Shown here piece by piece: positions 35,916-46,038 of a stretch of 64,000 bases of DNA. Origin of the DNA: Gemmatimonas sp. (GTDB lineage: Bacteria; Gemmatimonadota; Gemmatimonadetes; Gemmatimonadales; Gemmatimonadaceae); NCBI GenBank assembly GCA_965279375.1, contig OZ257156.1, forward strand, positions 1,856,001 through 1,920,000, read 5' to 3'. The position numbers and the translations under genes were made by a program. How positions within the stretch are numbered: the stretch's first letter is position 1; every line of letters starts with the position of its first letter. Under the pieces are notes generated by a model that saw only the letters and a program-made list of their open reading frames with translations, did not search any database and had not been told where the DNA came from.

Positions 35916-36443
35916 ATGCCCGCACGCACTGCGCTTCCGATGCCAGAACACACCGACGACTCGGTGACCAACACCGAGCGACTGCAGCTCTCTTCCGGCG
36001 CGCTCGGCGACATCGAAGTCGCGGCCACGTGGGTGATGCGCTTTCCGCTGCCGCTCGGTGGATTTCCGACGCACAGCGAGTTCGTGCTCATCCCCGCTGC
36101 ACGTGAAGGGCTCTGGTGGTTGCAAGCTCTCACCGATCCCGACCTGACGTTTCTTCTCGCCGATCCGTTCGTGGTCGACGCAGGCTACGGTTTCGATCTG
36201 GGCGACGTGGAGCGCGACATGCTCGGGATCGAGAACACGGCGGACGCGTTTGGTCTGGTCATGATCACGCTGCCCACCGCGGCCGGTGATGCGGCCACCG
36301 CGAATTTCCGTGCGCCGATCGTGTTCAACCTCACCAAGCAGCTGGGGCTCCAAGTGGTGAGCCGCGACGACGGACACCTCGTGCGTCGTCCGACCGATCT
36401 TTCGGCGTACAAGCCGCAGGCGATCGGCCTGCGGATGCAGTAG
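35916..36443 (+). CDS. fliW: Flagellar assembly factor / CsrA antagonist FliW
   Basis: FPLPLGGFP, WWLQALTDPDLTFLLADPF, TANFRAPIVFN; start may be 35940. Confidence 0.92.
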   Translation: MPARTALPMPEHTDDSVTNTERLQLSSGALGDIEVAATWVMRFPLPLGGFPTHSEFVLIPAAREGLWWLQALTDPDLTFLLADPFVVDAGYGFDLGDVERDMLGIENTADAFGLVMITLPTAAGDAATANFRAPIVFNLTKQLGLQVVSRDDGHLVRRPTDLSAYKPQAIGLRMQ

Positions 36444-36463
36444 CGCAGCGCGCCGCTGTCGCG

Positions 36464-37972
36464 ATGAGCGCTCGCACCAAGGCTGCGCAGGCGGACGAAC
36501 AGTTTCGCGCTGCGCTCGCCATCGCGCAGGCGGGTGATGCGCCGCGCGCCATGAAGCTGCTCGATCGCACACTCATGCTTGACGCACGCCATCGTGGTGT
36601 GCGTAACGCGCTTGGTGTGTTGCGTCTCGAATCGGGAGACGTTGCCGGCGCGATCTCGCTGCTCAAGCCACTCGCGCGTGATGTTCCCGATGCGGCCGGT
36701 GTGCAGCTCAATCTTGGCAATGCGCTCGTGGCCGCGGGTCGCGCCAATGAGGCTATTGCGCCGCTCAAGCGCGCTACTGCCCTCGATCCCAACTCGGCGC
36801 TCGCCTGGTACGGCTATGCGCGCGCACTGCAGACCGCAGGACGTGCGGCAGACGCAGTGCACGCCTATCGTGTCGTGCTGCAGCACGCGCCGGCTCATGT
36901 GGAATCGCGCGCGAGCATTGCCGCCGCGCACAATTTTCTTGACGAATACGTCGAGGCTGAACGCGAAGCGCGCGAAGCGATACGCCTGATGCCATCGCAC
37001 GCGGGGGCACACCTGAATCTCAGCGTCGCGCTGCTGGCGCAGCATCGCTGGGCTGAGGGATGGGCCGAGTACGAGTGGCGCGAGCGGACGGCGCTGTTGG
37101 ATGGACAGCGTCGCAGCTGGGCGCGACCTCGCTGGGATGGTGGCGCGGTCGCGGGACGCACCGTGCTGGTGCACGCCGAGCAGGGATACGGCGATACGCT
37201 GCAGTTCGTGCGGTATCTGCCGGCGCTCCGTGCGCTGGGTACGCGCGTGGTGCTCCAGTGTCCGGCGCCGCTCGTCGCGCTGCTCGAGCATGCCGTGCTG
37301 GCTGACGAAGTGATTGCCTTTGGCGACGAGCTACCCCCGCATGATGTGCAGCTCCCGCTCACTGGGTTGCCACTTCGTTTGTGCTGTGACTCCGACGCCG
37401 CGGTCTACCGACAAGATGGCCCGTATCTGTCGACCGTCCCGTCGCGCGCCACGTCGCTACCCGAGCGCACGTCGGCAACGGAGCTGCGCGTGGGACTCGT
37501 GTGGGCGGGCAGCGGCACGCATGTGAACGACATGCATCGGTCGTGCGGGCTCGATGCGTTGCGACCGCTGTGGGATATCGCCGGCGTGTCGTGGTTCAGC
37601 TTGCAGGCGGGGCCGCGCGCGTCCGATCTCAAGGCGCTGCCGAAAGGCATCGTGGTGCACGATCTCGCGCCGCAGCTGCACGACTTTGCGGATACCGCCG
37701 CCGCCATCGCCGCGCTCGACATGGTGATCTCGGTCGATAGCGCGGTCGCGCATCTGGCTGGCGCGCTGGGGCGCCCGTGCTTGATGCTGGCGCCGCGCGT
37801 GGGGCTCGACTGGCGCTGGGCGAACGCGCCGGCTGGCGGCGAGGCGGATGGCAGCGGGTGGTATCGCTCGCTCGTGGTGGTACGTCAGGCGGCGCCGTCC
37901 GACTGGAGCGGCGCGGTGGCCGAGCTCGGGGCGCGCCTCGCCCGGCTCGCGACGACTTCCGCACGAGTGTAG
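36464..37972 (+). CDS. TPR-repeat protein with C-terminal GT9-like glycosyltransferase domain
   Basis: TPR helices (LNLGNALVAAGRANEAIAPLKRATALDPN); GWAEYEWR, HAEQGYGDTLQFVRY, VGLVWAG, VISVDSAVAHLAGALGRP. Confidence 0.9.
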   Translation: MSARTKAAQADEQFRAALAIAQAGDAPRAMKLLDRTLMLDARHRGVRNALGVLRLESGDVAGAISLLKPLARDVPDAAGVQLNLGNALVAAGRANEAIAPLKRATALDPNSALAWYGYARALQTAGRAADAVHAYRVVLQHAPAHVESRASIAAAHNFLDEYVEAEREAREAIRLMPSHAGAHLNLSVALLAQHRWAEGWAEYEWRERTALLDGQRRSWARPRWDGGAVAGRTVLVHAEQGYGDTLQFVRYLPALRALGTRVVLQCPAPLVALLEHAVLADEVIAFGDELPPHDVQLPLTGLPLRLCCDSDAAVYRQDGPYLSTVPSRATSLPERTSATELRVGLVWAGSGTHVNDMHRSCGLDALRPLWDIAGVSWFSLQAGPRASDLKALPKGIVVHDLAPQLHDFADTAAAIAALDMVISVDSAVAHLAGALGRPCLMLAPRVGLDWRWANAPAGGEADGSGWYRSLVVVRQAAPSDWSGAVAELGARLARLATTSARV

Positions 37973-37975
37973 GGG

Positions 37976-37990
37976 CGGCAGCTTCTGCCG
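37976..37990. promoter_or_regulatory. Candidate enhancer (UAS)
   Basis: Perfect CGGCA-GCTTC-TGCCG. Confidence 0.65.
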
Positions 37991-38045
37991 GTTCCGGCGC
38001 GCTCTGTGCCGGGTGTGTATTGGTGCTGGCCGCGTTCAGAATGCG

Positions 38046-38090
38046 TAATACGTTGCTGTTGAACGCGTTACGTGGTGGCACTGATCGTGC
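38046..38090 (+). promoter_or_regulatory. 25-bp IHF-like element plus sigma54 promoter of glycan operon 1
   Basis: TAA-TACG-TTG-CTGTT-GAA-CGCG-TTA (38046-38070), then TGGCAC-TGATC-GTGC (38076-38090). Confidence 0.72.
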
Positions 38091-38146
38091 TATCCCATGC
38101 AGGGTCCCCGGTCTTCGTGACGCTGACTTCTGCAGGATCTCCGCTG

Positions 38147-39880
38147 ATGTGCGGTATCGCTGGTCTCCTTGATTACTCGCGTGGTGGGCTCGGTGCACTC
38201 ATCGATGAGTTCACCGACGCGTTGGCGCATCGGGGACCTGATGGGCGCGGCGTGTACGTGGAGGGACCCGTGGCGCTGGGGCACCGGCGTCTTTCCATTC
38301 TGGATCCGTCCGACGCGGGCCGCTGCCCGATGGCCGTGGAGTGTCCTGATGGGACCACGCTCTACATCACGCTGAACGGCGAGATCTACAACTTCCTCGA
38401 GCTGCGCGAGACGCTGCGCCGGGATGGCTACTGCTTCCGCAGCGAGACCGACACGGAAGTCGTGGCCGCGGCCTTTCATCGCTGGGGCGAAGACTGTCAG
38501 CGCCGCTTCAACGGCATGTGGGCGTTCGCGATCTGGGCGCCGGCCACGCAGTCGCTGTTCCTCTCGCGAGATCGCTTCGGCGTCAAGCCGCTCTACGTGT
38601 CGGTGCAAGGCACACGTGTCGCGTTTGCGTCTGAGATCAAGGCGTTTCTTGCACTGCCAGACTTCAAGCCGCGACTCAGCGAAGAGGCCGCGCAGCTGTT
38701 CTTCGCCAATCCCACCTCGTACGACGGCGTCACGCTCAGTACGGCGCTGGAAGGTGTGCATCGCGTGCCGCCCGGACACTCGCTCACCGTCACGAGCGCG
38801 GGGAGCAAAGGCTTTCGCCGCTGGTGGGAAACGCGCGATCATCTGCCGTCGATTCCGTCGCGCTACGACGAGCAGGTGGAGCAGTTCCGCGCGCTCTTTC
38901 TGGATGCCGTGCGGCTGCGCATGCGCAGCGATGTGCGTATCGGCACCTCACTGTCGGGTGGGCTCGATTCGAGCGCCGTCGCCTCTGCGGTGGCCCACGT
39001 GGCGCGTAATGATGCGCACGCCGACCTCGCACGTTGCGCGACCGATTGGCAGCGCACCTTCATCGCGACATTCCCCGGGCATGCGGTGGACGAACGCGAG
39101 TACGCGGACATCGTTGTCGCGCACACGCACGCATCGCCGACGTACTGGAGCTTCAATCCCGACACGACGCTCGCCGACATTCCCGCGAGCGTGTGGGCGA
39201 TGGATGACCTGAGCGGCGCACCGGCGGTGCCCGTGTTCAACATCTATCGCACGATGCGTGAGCATGGCGTCGTTGTCACGCTCGACGGGCATGGCGGCGA
39301 CGAACTCCTCGCCGGCTATGGCTGGTACCGCGACTTACCGCCCAACGCGCTGAACGATGCGTTGTACGCGGACTTTCATCGCACGCATCTTCCCGCGATC
39401 CTGCGCAACTTCGATGGTTGCTCGATGGCCAATGGCGTGGAAATCCGGTCGCCGTTCCTCGACTGGCAATTGGTGACCTACGCATTCGCGCTGCCGGCTT
39501 CCACCAAGTACGACGGCAGCTTCAGCAAGCGCATCCTGCGCGACGCGCTCGCCGGCATCATGCCCGACGCGATTCGCACGCGTACGTCGAAACTCGGCTT
39601 CGAGTCCCCGCTCATCGCGTGGGCCAACGGATCGTTAGGACCCGCGCTGCTCGCGGCGTCACGCACCGAGGCATGGCAGCGTGCGCCCAAGACGGCACGT
39701 GCCGCCGAACTCGCGGCGATCGTGCAAGCGCGAACGCCGTCTCGTTCGTGGAGCAGCGCCGACAGCGTGGCGATTTCGCTCGCATGGCGCGTGTTCGTCT
39801 TCGTGCTCTGGCAGGAGCTCTACCTGGGAACCGGCACGAGCAGCGTGGCAACGCACCCAGTACTCGCTGCGGCATCGTAA
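38147..39880 (+). CDS. asnB: Asparagine synthetase-family glutamine amidotransferase (probably sugar amidation)
   Basis: MCGIAG, HRGPDG, LGHRRLSILD, NGEIYN, RDRFGVKPLY, SLSGGLDSS, GHGGDELLAGY. Confidence 0.92.
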   Translation: MCGIAGLLDYSRGGLGALIDEFTDALAHRGPDGRGVYVEGPVALGHRRLSILDPSDAGRCPMAVECPDGTTLYITLNGEIYNFLELRETLRRDGYCFRSETDTEVVAAAFHRWGEDCQRRFNGMWAFAIWAPATQSLFLSRDRFGVKPLYVSVQGTRVAFASEIKAFLALPDFKPRLSEEAAQLFFANPTSYDGVTLSTALEGVHRVPPGHSLTVTSAGSKGFRRWWETRDHLPSIPSRYDEQVEQFRALFLDAVRLRMRSDVRIGTSLSGGLDSSAVASAVAHVARNDAHADLARCATDWQRTFIATFPGHAVDEREYADIVVAHTHASPTYWSFNPDTTLADIPASVWAMDDLSGAPAVPVFNIYRTMREHGVVVTLDGHGGDELLAGYGWYRDLPPNALNDALYADFHRTHLPAILRNFDGCSMANGVEIRSPFLDWQLVTYAFALPASTKYDGSFSKRILRDALAGIMPDAIRTRTSKLGFESPLIAWANGSLGPALLAASRTEAWQRAPKTARAAELAAIVQARTPSRSWSSADSVAISLAWRVFVFVLWQELYLGTGTSSVATHPVLAAAS

Positions 39881-40762
39881 ATGACGGCAACCGTGCGACG
39901 TCCAGTTGTGGTGGTAACCGGTGCAGGCGGCCTCGTGGGCCGACACCTCGTGCCGATGCTCGCCGAGCACTGGGATGTCGTCGCAGTCGCGCGTGCAGAG
40001 GGCGACGCGCGATCCCACGTGCAGAACGTGGTACGTGATCTCGCGACTGACGGCTTTGCCGATGGCTTGCCCGCGAAGGTGGATGCGGTCGTGCATCTCG
40101 CGCAGTCGCGTCGTTTTCGCGAGTTCCCGGAAGGTGCGGCCGACGTACTGGCCGTGAATGTCGCGTCCACCGAGCGGCTGCTCGCGTACGCGGCGGCGGC
40201 GGGAGCGTCGCACTTTGTGTACGCGAGCTCGGGTGGCGTGTATGCGCCCTCCAGCGCTGCATACCATGAGGACGGTGCGGTCGCGTCGCCTGCGCAGGCA
40301 GGATGGTATCAGGCGTCCAAGCTGGCCGCTGAGGCGTTGGTGCATGGGTATCGCACGCGGCTGGTTCCCGTCGTGCTGCGTCCGTTCTTCATCTATGGCG
40401 CCGGACAGCGGCGCCACATGCTCATTCCGCGTCTGGCCGACACGCTCAAGCGCGGCGATGCCGTGCAACTGGCCGGACTCGATGGCATGCACATCTCGCC
40501 GACGCATGCGTCCGATGCGGCGCGCTGCATTGTGCGATCGCTGCAGTTGCGCGAACCCGCCACGATCAACGTGCGCGGCCCCGAGGTGCTTTCGCTGCGC
40601 ACGATCGGCGAGATGCTGGCTTCAGCAATGGACGTACCCGCACGCTTCGTCACCAACGACAACACCGGCCCTGACTACGTGGCCGACGATGCGCGTATGC
40701 GGGCACTGCTCGGCGATGCCGAGTGTCGCTTCGCTGAGCATCTCCATACCATCCTTCCGTGA
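39881..40762 (+). CDS. NAD-dependent epimerase/dehydratase (extended SDR)
   Basis: VTGAGGLVG, ASSGGVY, YQASK. Confidence 0.9.
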   Translation: MTATVRRPVVVVTGAGGLVGRHLVPMLAEHWDVVAVARAEGDARSHVQNVVRDLATDGFADGLPAKVDAVVHLAQSRRFREFPEGAADVLAVNVASTERLLAYAAAAGASHFVYASSGGVYAPSSAAYHEDGAVASPAQAGWYQASKLAAEALVHGYRTRLVPVVLRPFFIYGAGQRRHMLIPRLADTLKRGDAVQLAGLDGMHISPTHASDAARCIVRSLQLREPATINVRGPEVLSLRTIGEMLASAMDVPARFVTNDNTGPDYVADDARMRALLGDAECRFAEHLHTILP

Positions 40763-43725
40763 GTTCGATGCGACTCGCCGGTCATCGCCCGCTCCCACGG
40801 CAGAAGCCGTTGCGCATTCTCATCGGTCCCAAGGAGATCGGTGGTCAGATCCCCGACTATGCGTCGGGCTTCCGCGCGCTCGGTCACGACGTCACAACGG
40901 TCATCCGGGACCCCAACCCGCTGTTCCCGGATCTGCCGTACGACGTCGATCTCTCGAAGAACCGCGATCCCGGGCTCATCGCAAAGCTCATCGAAGAGCA
41001 TGACGTGTTCGTCTTTCAGTATGGCGAAACGCTGGTGCCCGGTTCGGTCGATCTTCCGGTGATTCGTGCTGCGGGCAAGTCGATCATTGCGATCTGCAAT
41101 GGCGATGACATTCGACATTCGTCGGCGTACCACCAGGAGTTCGGCATTCCGCCTGAAGTGCACGGCGAGTTCTACGTGAAGGATCCGCTGCCGAGGTCGA
41201 TGCAGACGCTACGGCTCATGGAGCGATACGCGTCGCTGATGGTGTCCGTGCCGAATCAGTCCGGGCTGGCGCTCCGTCCGTACATGCACTTCGCGTACGT
41301 GCTGGATCAGTCGTTGTATACGGCGCACATCCCCGATCGCGAGGTACCGGTGGTGGTGCATGCGCCGTCGGATCGGGCGTGCAAGGGAACGCGCGAGATT
41401 CTCGCGTCGCTTGACCGACTCTCTGCGAAGGGAGTTCGTTTCGAGCTCAAGCTACTCGAGAAGGTGCCCAATGCCGTCGTGCGCGAGACGCTGCGCGATG
41501 CCGATGTGGCCATCGATCAGCTGTTCGTTTCGTACGGGAAGTTCGCCGCGGAGGCAATGGCCTCTGGCTGCGCCACGGCGTGCGTGACCTATCCCGACAT
41601 CGAGCCTGCCGCGCACATGCGGCCGCTGTGGCACATCGACGCGGAGGGGATCGACGCGCAGCTCGAGACGCTTCTCACTGATCGTGCGCTGCGTCGCTCG
41701 CTGGCCGAACAGGGACGGCCGCACGTCGAAGCCATCCATGATCGGCCAACGGTATGCAAGCGCCTGCTCGACGCGCTGGCCGCAGCCATCGACGGCACCC
41801 TTCGCTACGACTACTACCCGACGTTCTTCGCCGAACGGTATGTGCTCCCTGATCGCGTCGAGCTACCGCGCCATCAGCGTCAGCTCGCGAGTGAGGTGAT
41901 TGCCGAGCACGGTCTTGCCAAAGGCGTCGACGTGATTGCGCTGGCGCGTCGCGGACTGATCGACCCGGTGCTGCTCGCCGGCAGCGAACGTGTGCGTCTC
42001 TGGCGTGGGGACCACGGCCTGACCTCAGATGGTACGGAGCCGAGCGCGATGTCCGCGCGCTGGAAGGCGTTTCGACGTCCGTCCAATTCGGCCACAGAAC
42101 AGACCATCGACGCGCCCACGGCGGATCGCCACGTCGCACGTTTGCACGCGTTGACAGCGCTGACCGGAGAACTGCCGGGCAAGGCGCCGGTAGACGCAGC
42201 GCTCGTTGAGTACCTGCGCCTGGGAGTGCCTGCGCTCGCACTGCAAACCGTGTTGCCGCAGGCGATGTCGAGCCTCGCAGCGCGGCGTGCGGCCGGATTG
42301 CTGTTGCTCGGCTGTGGGCAGCTTGCTGACGCAGAGGAAATGCTTGGCACACTGCTGACGGGTGCCGACAGCGATCCGATCCTGGCGTACTACCACGCGG
42401 TCGCGCGTGTCTTGCAGGGCAAGAGCGACGGCACCGGTGAGGCATTGCAGGCAGCGGTGAAGCGGCTGCCGCGCGATCCGAGTGTGCACCTCTTCGGCAG
42501 CACGCCCATTCTGCACAACAGGTACTGGGCCGAGGCGCTGCGCGAAGGTGGCGTTGATGCGCGCACTTTCATGCTCGAGTACTACGGTGCGATCAATCGA
42601 CGTGAGGACTTCGATCACTACCTGATCGACTTCGTGCCGACCTGGACGGAGCCGCGATACGCGCGGTTGCTGGCACCGTATCACGCGTTTCTGTTCGCTG
42701 CACTCGCCGGGCAGGTGCTGCATACGTCCTTTGACGGTGGCGCGCTTCAGGATACGGCATGTGCCGCTATCGAGCCGGCGTTGCTGCAAGCCGCGGGAGT
42801 GAAGTCGGTGGTGATCACCTACGGCGGCGACGGTGCGATGTACTCACGCATTCGCGACCTGTCGGTGCGCCACGCGTTTCAGCTTTCGTATCCTGACGCG
42901 GCGCGCAAGGAACCGCAGGTGGAAGCGAAGGTGGCGCGCTGGACGCGCGACGCAGATTGCATCATCGGCAACGTGCACTCGCTCGACGGCCACGGTCGCT
43001 GGGACATTCTCCTCGGCAATTGCGCGCAGATCGATCTGACAGCATGTCAGCCGATCGAGCACTACAGCGATCGCGACGGACGCAATGGCGCCGTGCGTGT
43101 GCTGCACAGCCCCAATCATCGCGGGGTGAAGGGGACCGAGTTCCTTGTCGCGGCCGTGGAGCAGCTTCGCAACGAGGGGCTGCAGGTAGAGTTGGTATTG
43201 CTGGAGCGTGTGCAGAATCGCGAGGTGCTCGCGCGCATGCGCACCGTCGATATTCTCGCGGAGCAGTTCATTCTGCAGTTCTACGGCCTCAGCGGCATCG
43301 AAGGGCTGGCGATGGGACTGCCGGTGGTCTCCAATCTGACGATGGACGACTATCTCCAGGTGCTGCGTCGCTTCAGCTATCTCGACGAGTGTCCCGTCGT
43401 GGCCGCCGCACCTGAGACGCTGGTGGATGTCCTGCGAAAGCTCGTCGTGAACCCTGCACTCAGGGAAACACTCGGCCGCGCTGGCCGTCGCTATGCGGAG
43501 AAGTATCACTCCTACGCGACGACACGCTTCCTGTTCGGCGCCATTCACTCGCGCATCCTCCACGGAAGCGCCGTGGATCTCATGAATCTGTTTCATCCAC
43601 TCAAGTCCGACTACGTGCGGTCGAAACCGATCAGCCATCCGCTGTCATCCAGTCGCTTGGTCGACACGCCGGATGGGCTTCGGCTTGAAGCCCCCGCTCG
43701 CGTGCCGCGCTCCAGCGCAGCCTGA
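40759..43725 (+). CDS. Large glycosyltransferase with two tandem GT-B (GT4-like) modules
   Basis: HAPSDRACKGT...YGKFAAEAMASG and HSPNHRGVKGT...YGLSGIEGLAMGLPV, joined by a TPR-like helical region. Confidence 0.8.
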   Translation: MSSMRLAGHRPLPRQKPLRILIGPKEIGGQIPDYASGFRALGHDVTTVIRDPNPLFPDLPYDVDLSKNRDPGLIAKLIEEHDVFVFQYGETLVPGSVDLPVIRAAGKSIIAICNGDDIRHSSAYHQEFGIPPEVHGEFYVKDPLPRSMQTLRLMERYASLMVSVPNQSGLALRPYMHFAYVLDQSLYTAHIPDREVPVVVHAPSDRACKGTREILASLDRLSAKGVRFELKLLEKVPNAVVRETLRDADVAIDQLFVSYGKFAAEAMASGCATACVTYPDIEPAAHMRPLWHIDAEGIDAQLETLLTDRALRRSLAEQGRPHVEAIHDRPTVCKRLLDALAAAIDGTLRYDYYPTFFAERYVLPDRVELPRHQRQLASEVIAEHGLAKGVDVIALARRGLIDPVLLAGSERVRLWRGDHGLTSDGTEPSAMSARWKAFRRPSNSATEQTIDAPTADRHVARLHALTALTGELPGKAPVDAALVEYLRLGVPALALQTVLPQAMSSLAARRAAGLLLLGCGQLADAEEMLGTLLTGADSDPILAYYHAVARVLQGKSDGTGEALQAAVKRLPRDPSVHLFGSTPILHNRYWAEALREGGVDARTFMLEYYGAINRREDFDHYLIDFVPTWTEPRYARLLAPYHAFLFAALAGQVLHTSFDGGALQDTACAAIEPALLQAAGVKSVVITYGGDGAMYSRIRDLSVRHAFQLSYPDAARKEPQVEAKVARWTRDADCIIGNVHSLDGHGRWDILLGNCAQIDLTACQPIEHYSDRDGRNGAVRVLHSPNHRGVKGTEFLVAAVEQLRNEGLQVELVLLERVQNREVLARMRTVDILAEQFILQFYGLSGIEGLAMGLPVVSNLTMDDYLQVLRRFSYLDECPVVAAAPETLVDVLRKLVVNPALRETLGRAGRRYAEKYHSYATTRFLFGAIHSRILHGSAVDLMNLFHPLKSDYVRSKPISHPLSSSRLVDTPDGLRLEAPARVPRSSAA

Positions 43726-43729
43726 GGAA

Positions 43730-44395
43730 ATGATGGCAAAGCCTCTCGTAATCATCGGTACCGGACTCTTCGCCGAAGTCGCCACCGCGTACTTCGAAGC
43801 CTTCACCGACTACCGCGTCGCGGCCTTCTCGTGCCACGACCGATTTCGGCAGGCAGAGACTGTCTACGGTCGTCCGCTATTGGCCCTCGAGACCCTCGGG
43901 GATTCGTACGCAGCGTCTGACGTGGATGTGTTCGTCGCGATCGGCTACGGCAAAATGAATCGGATGCGTCAAGCCGTGTACGAGGAGATGCGTGAACGCG
44001 GCTATCACTGCACGTCGTTCGTGCATCCGAACGTCAGGATCTGGGAATCAACGAAGCTTGGCGACAATGTGTTCATCTTCGAAGACAATACCATCCAGCC
44101 ATTCACGCACATTGGCAACAATACGATTCTCTGGAGCGGCAATCACATCGGTCACCACAGCACGGTGGGAGATCACTGCTTCATCTCTTCGCACGTGGTC
44201 ATCTCCGGTTCGTGCACGCTAGGCAACAATCTCTTCATCGGTGTGAACGCCACCTTCCATGACGGGTTGACCATCGCCGACGACTGCCTGATTGGCGCGG
44301 GCGCGATCATCTCCAAGAGCACGAAACCCAAGGAAGTGTTTGTGCCAGCGTCCACCAAGCCGTTCCCCAAGAACTCCGACGAGATCGGGTTCTGA
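43730..44395 (+). CDS. Sugar O/N-acetyltransferase (NeuD/PglD-like hexapeptide repeat)
   Basis: LVIIGTGLFAE, VAIGY, IGHHSTVGDHCFISSHVVISG. Confidence 0.88.
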   Translation: MMAKPLVIIGTGLFAEVATAYFEAFTDYRVAAFSCHDRFRQAETVYGRPLLALETLGDSYAASDVDVFVAIGYGKMNRMRQAVYEEMRERGYHCTSFVHPNVRIWESTKLGDNVFIFEDNTIQPFTHIGNNTILWSGNHIGHHSTVGDHCFISSHVVISGSCTLGNNLFIGVNATFHDGLTIADDCLIGAGAIISKSTKPKEVFVPASTKPFPKNSDEIGF

Positions 44396-44419
44396 CGTGA
44401 GTCTCCGGACGAGTGACCG

Positions 44420-45058
44420 ATGAGCGTTTCACAGGAGCTGGACAAGGTCAAGGATCTCTATTCGACGAACCTGCGCGAAAAGGGAGCTGTTGCCGCTGCC
44501 GTGGGATGGCCGACGGTCGAGTCGCAGCAGCTGCGCTTCGAGAAGCTGACCGGCATCATCACCGATCGGTCGCAGCCCGTGAGCGTCAACGACTACGGAT
44601 GCGGCTACGGAGCGCATCTCACCTATCTTCTGCGCGACGCCGGAGTGCAGGTGGGCGAGTACAACGGCTACGACCTGAGCGAGTCGATGCTGGACGCGGC
44701 GCGGGCGGAGCACTCCAACTTTGCCGGCGCGCTCAATCTGCGTTGCTCATCGGAGCTGGACACCGTCGCCGACTACTCGTTCGTGTCGGGCACGTTCAAT
44801 GTGCGCTTTGCGTCCGATGAAGAGGCGTGGGCCGGCTTCATCAGAAGTACGCTCGATCGACTGGCCGCGTGCTCACGCAAGGGCTTCGCGTTCAACCTGC
44901 TGTCGACGTATGTGGATTGGCACGCGCCCAATCTCTACTATGCAGATCCTGGCTACTGGTTCGACCATTGCAAGCGCAACTACGCGCGCCGAGTGACCCT
45001 GCTGCACGACTATCCACTGTACGAGTGGACGATGCTCGTCACCAAGGACGCCTCGTGA
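44420..45058 (+). CDS. Class I SAM-dependent methyltransferase
   Basis: VNDYGCGYG, YNGYDLSESM, GFAFNLLS, LHDYPLYE. Confidence 0.85.
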   Translation: MSVSQELDKVKDLYSTNLREKGAVAAAVGWPTVESQQLRFEKLTGIITDRSQPVSVNDYGCGYGAHLTYLLRDAGVQVGEYNGYDLSESMLDAARAEHSNFAGALNLRCSSELDTVADYSFVSGTFNVRFASDEEAWAGFIRSTLDRLAACSRKGFAFNLLSTYVDWHAPNLYYADPGYWFDHCKRNYARRVTLLHDYPLYEWTMLVTKDAS

Positions 45059-45978
45059 CCTGGCGCAAGCTCGGCTTCGTCGAACTGCCGACGAATGGCC
45101 CCGCGTGGATGCACAGTCATGCGCAACTTCCCACGCCGATGGTCATCGGGCCGCGTAGCGTGCGAGTGTTCTATGCGTCGCGCACGGCTGAACAGCGCTC
45201 CCATATCGGCTTCACGGAGCTCGAGTTCTCCAGCGATCCCGATCAGTTCAGTATTGGTCGTATCGCGGATGTCCCGGTCCTGAGCCCCGGACCGCTCGGC
45301 TGCTTCGATGAGCATGGGGTCTTTCCGGCGTCAGTGATTGAGCACAACGGTCAGTGCTTCATGTACTACGTGGGCTGGAACCAGGGTGCGGAAGCGCCGA
45401 TGTTCTACGCGTCGATCGGACTGGCGGTCAGCACGGACGGACTTCAGTTCGAGCGCGTCTCGCCGGCGCCGATCATGTCTCGGAGCAAGCACGATCCGTG
45501 TCTCGTCACGTCGCCACACGTCTACCGCGACGGAGATCGTTGGCGCATGACTTATGTCTCAGGCACGGCGTGGTGGCGTACGCCGAGTGGCCGGCTGCAG
45601 TCCACCTATCACATCAAGAACGCGGCGTCGCACGACGGTCTGGAATGGGAGCGCGATGGCAGCATCGCGATCGACATCGCAGCCGACGAAACGAACGTCG
45701 CGCGGTCGGCCGTGCTCAAGGTGGCCGATGGCGACTATCGCATGTGGTACGGCAGGGTTCCCGCAACAACGCAGCGCTACCGCATCGGCTATGCGGAGTC
45801 GGTGGATGGCAGCGCGTGGGTGCGCAAGGACGCACTCGCGGGGATCGACCTCGACGATGGTCATGCCAGCGAGATGATCTGCTATCCGAGTCTGTTTTCG
45901 CTCGGCGGCGATACGTACATGCTTTACAACGGCAACGGGAATGGCCGTGCGGGCTTCGGCGTGGCGAGACTCGTCTAG
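45055..45978 (+). CDS. Five-bladed beta-propeller glycoside-hydrolase-like protein (GH32/43/130-like fold)
   Basis: GTG overlaps the previous stop; WRKLG, SHAQLPTP, repeated YYVGW...IGLAVSTDG, ASHDGLEW, IGYAESVDGSAW, YNGNGNGRAGFG. Confidence 0.7.
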   Translation: MTWRKLGFVELPTNGPAWMHSHAQLPTPMVIGPRSVRVFYASRTAEQRSHIGFTELEFSSDPDQFSIGRIADVPVLSPGPLGCFDEHGVFPASVIEHNGQCFMYYVGWNQGAEAPMFYASIGLAVSTDGLQFERVSPAPIMSRSKHDPCLVTSPHVYRDGDRWRMTYVSGTAWWRTPSGRLQSTYHIKNAASHDGLEWERDGSIAIDIAADETNVARSAVLKVADGDYRMWYGRVPATTQRYRIGYAESVDGSAWVRKDALAGIDLDDGHASEMICYPSLFSLGGDTYMLYNGNGNGRAGFGVARLV

Positions 45979-45986
45979 CGGCGTTT

Positions 45987-46017
45987 GCTCGCTGCCGAGG
46001 TCCTGGCGTGAGCGAGC
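45987..46017. terminator. Possible hairpin between convergent operons
   Basis: GCTCGCT...AGCGAGC arms with inner GCC/GGC; no clear U-tract. Confidence 0.3.
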
Positions 46018-46038
46018 CTGTGCTGGCTGCTCAACGCC

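Noticed and set aside
38147..39880. AsnB as a lasso-peptide cyclase
   Set aside because: Intact N-terminal Cys glutaminase domain, no B1/B2 peptidase or precursor nearby, and sugar-pathway neighbours
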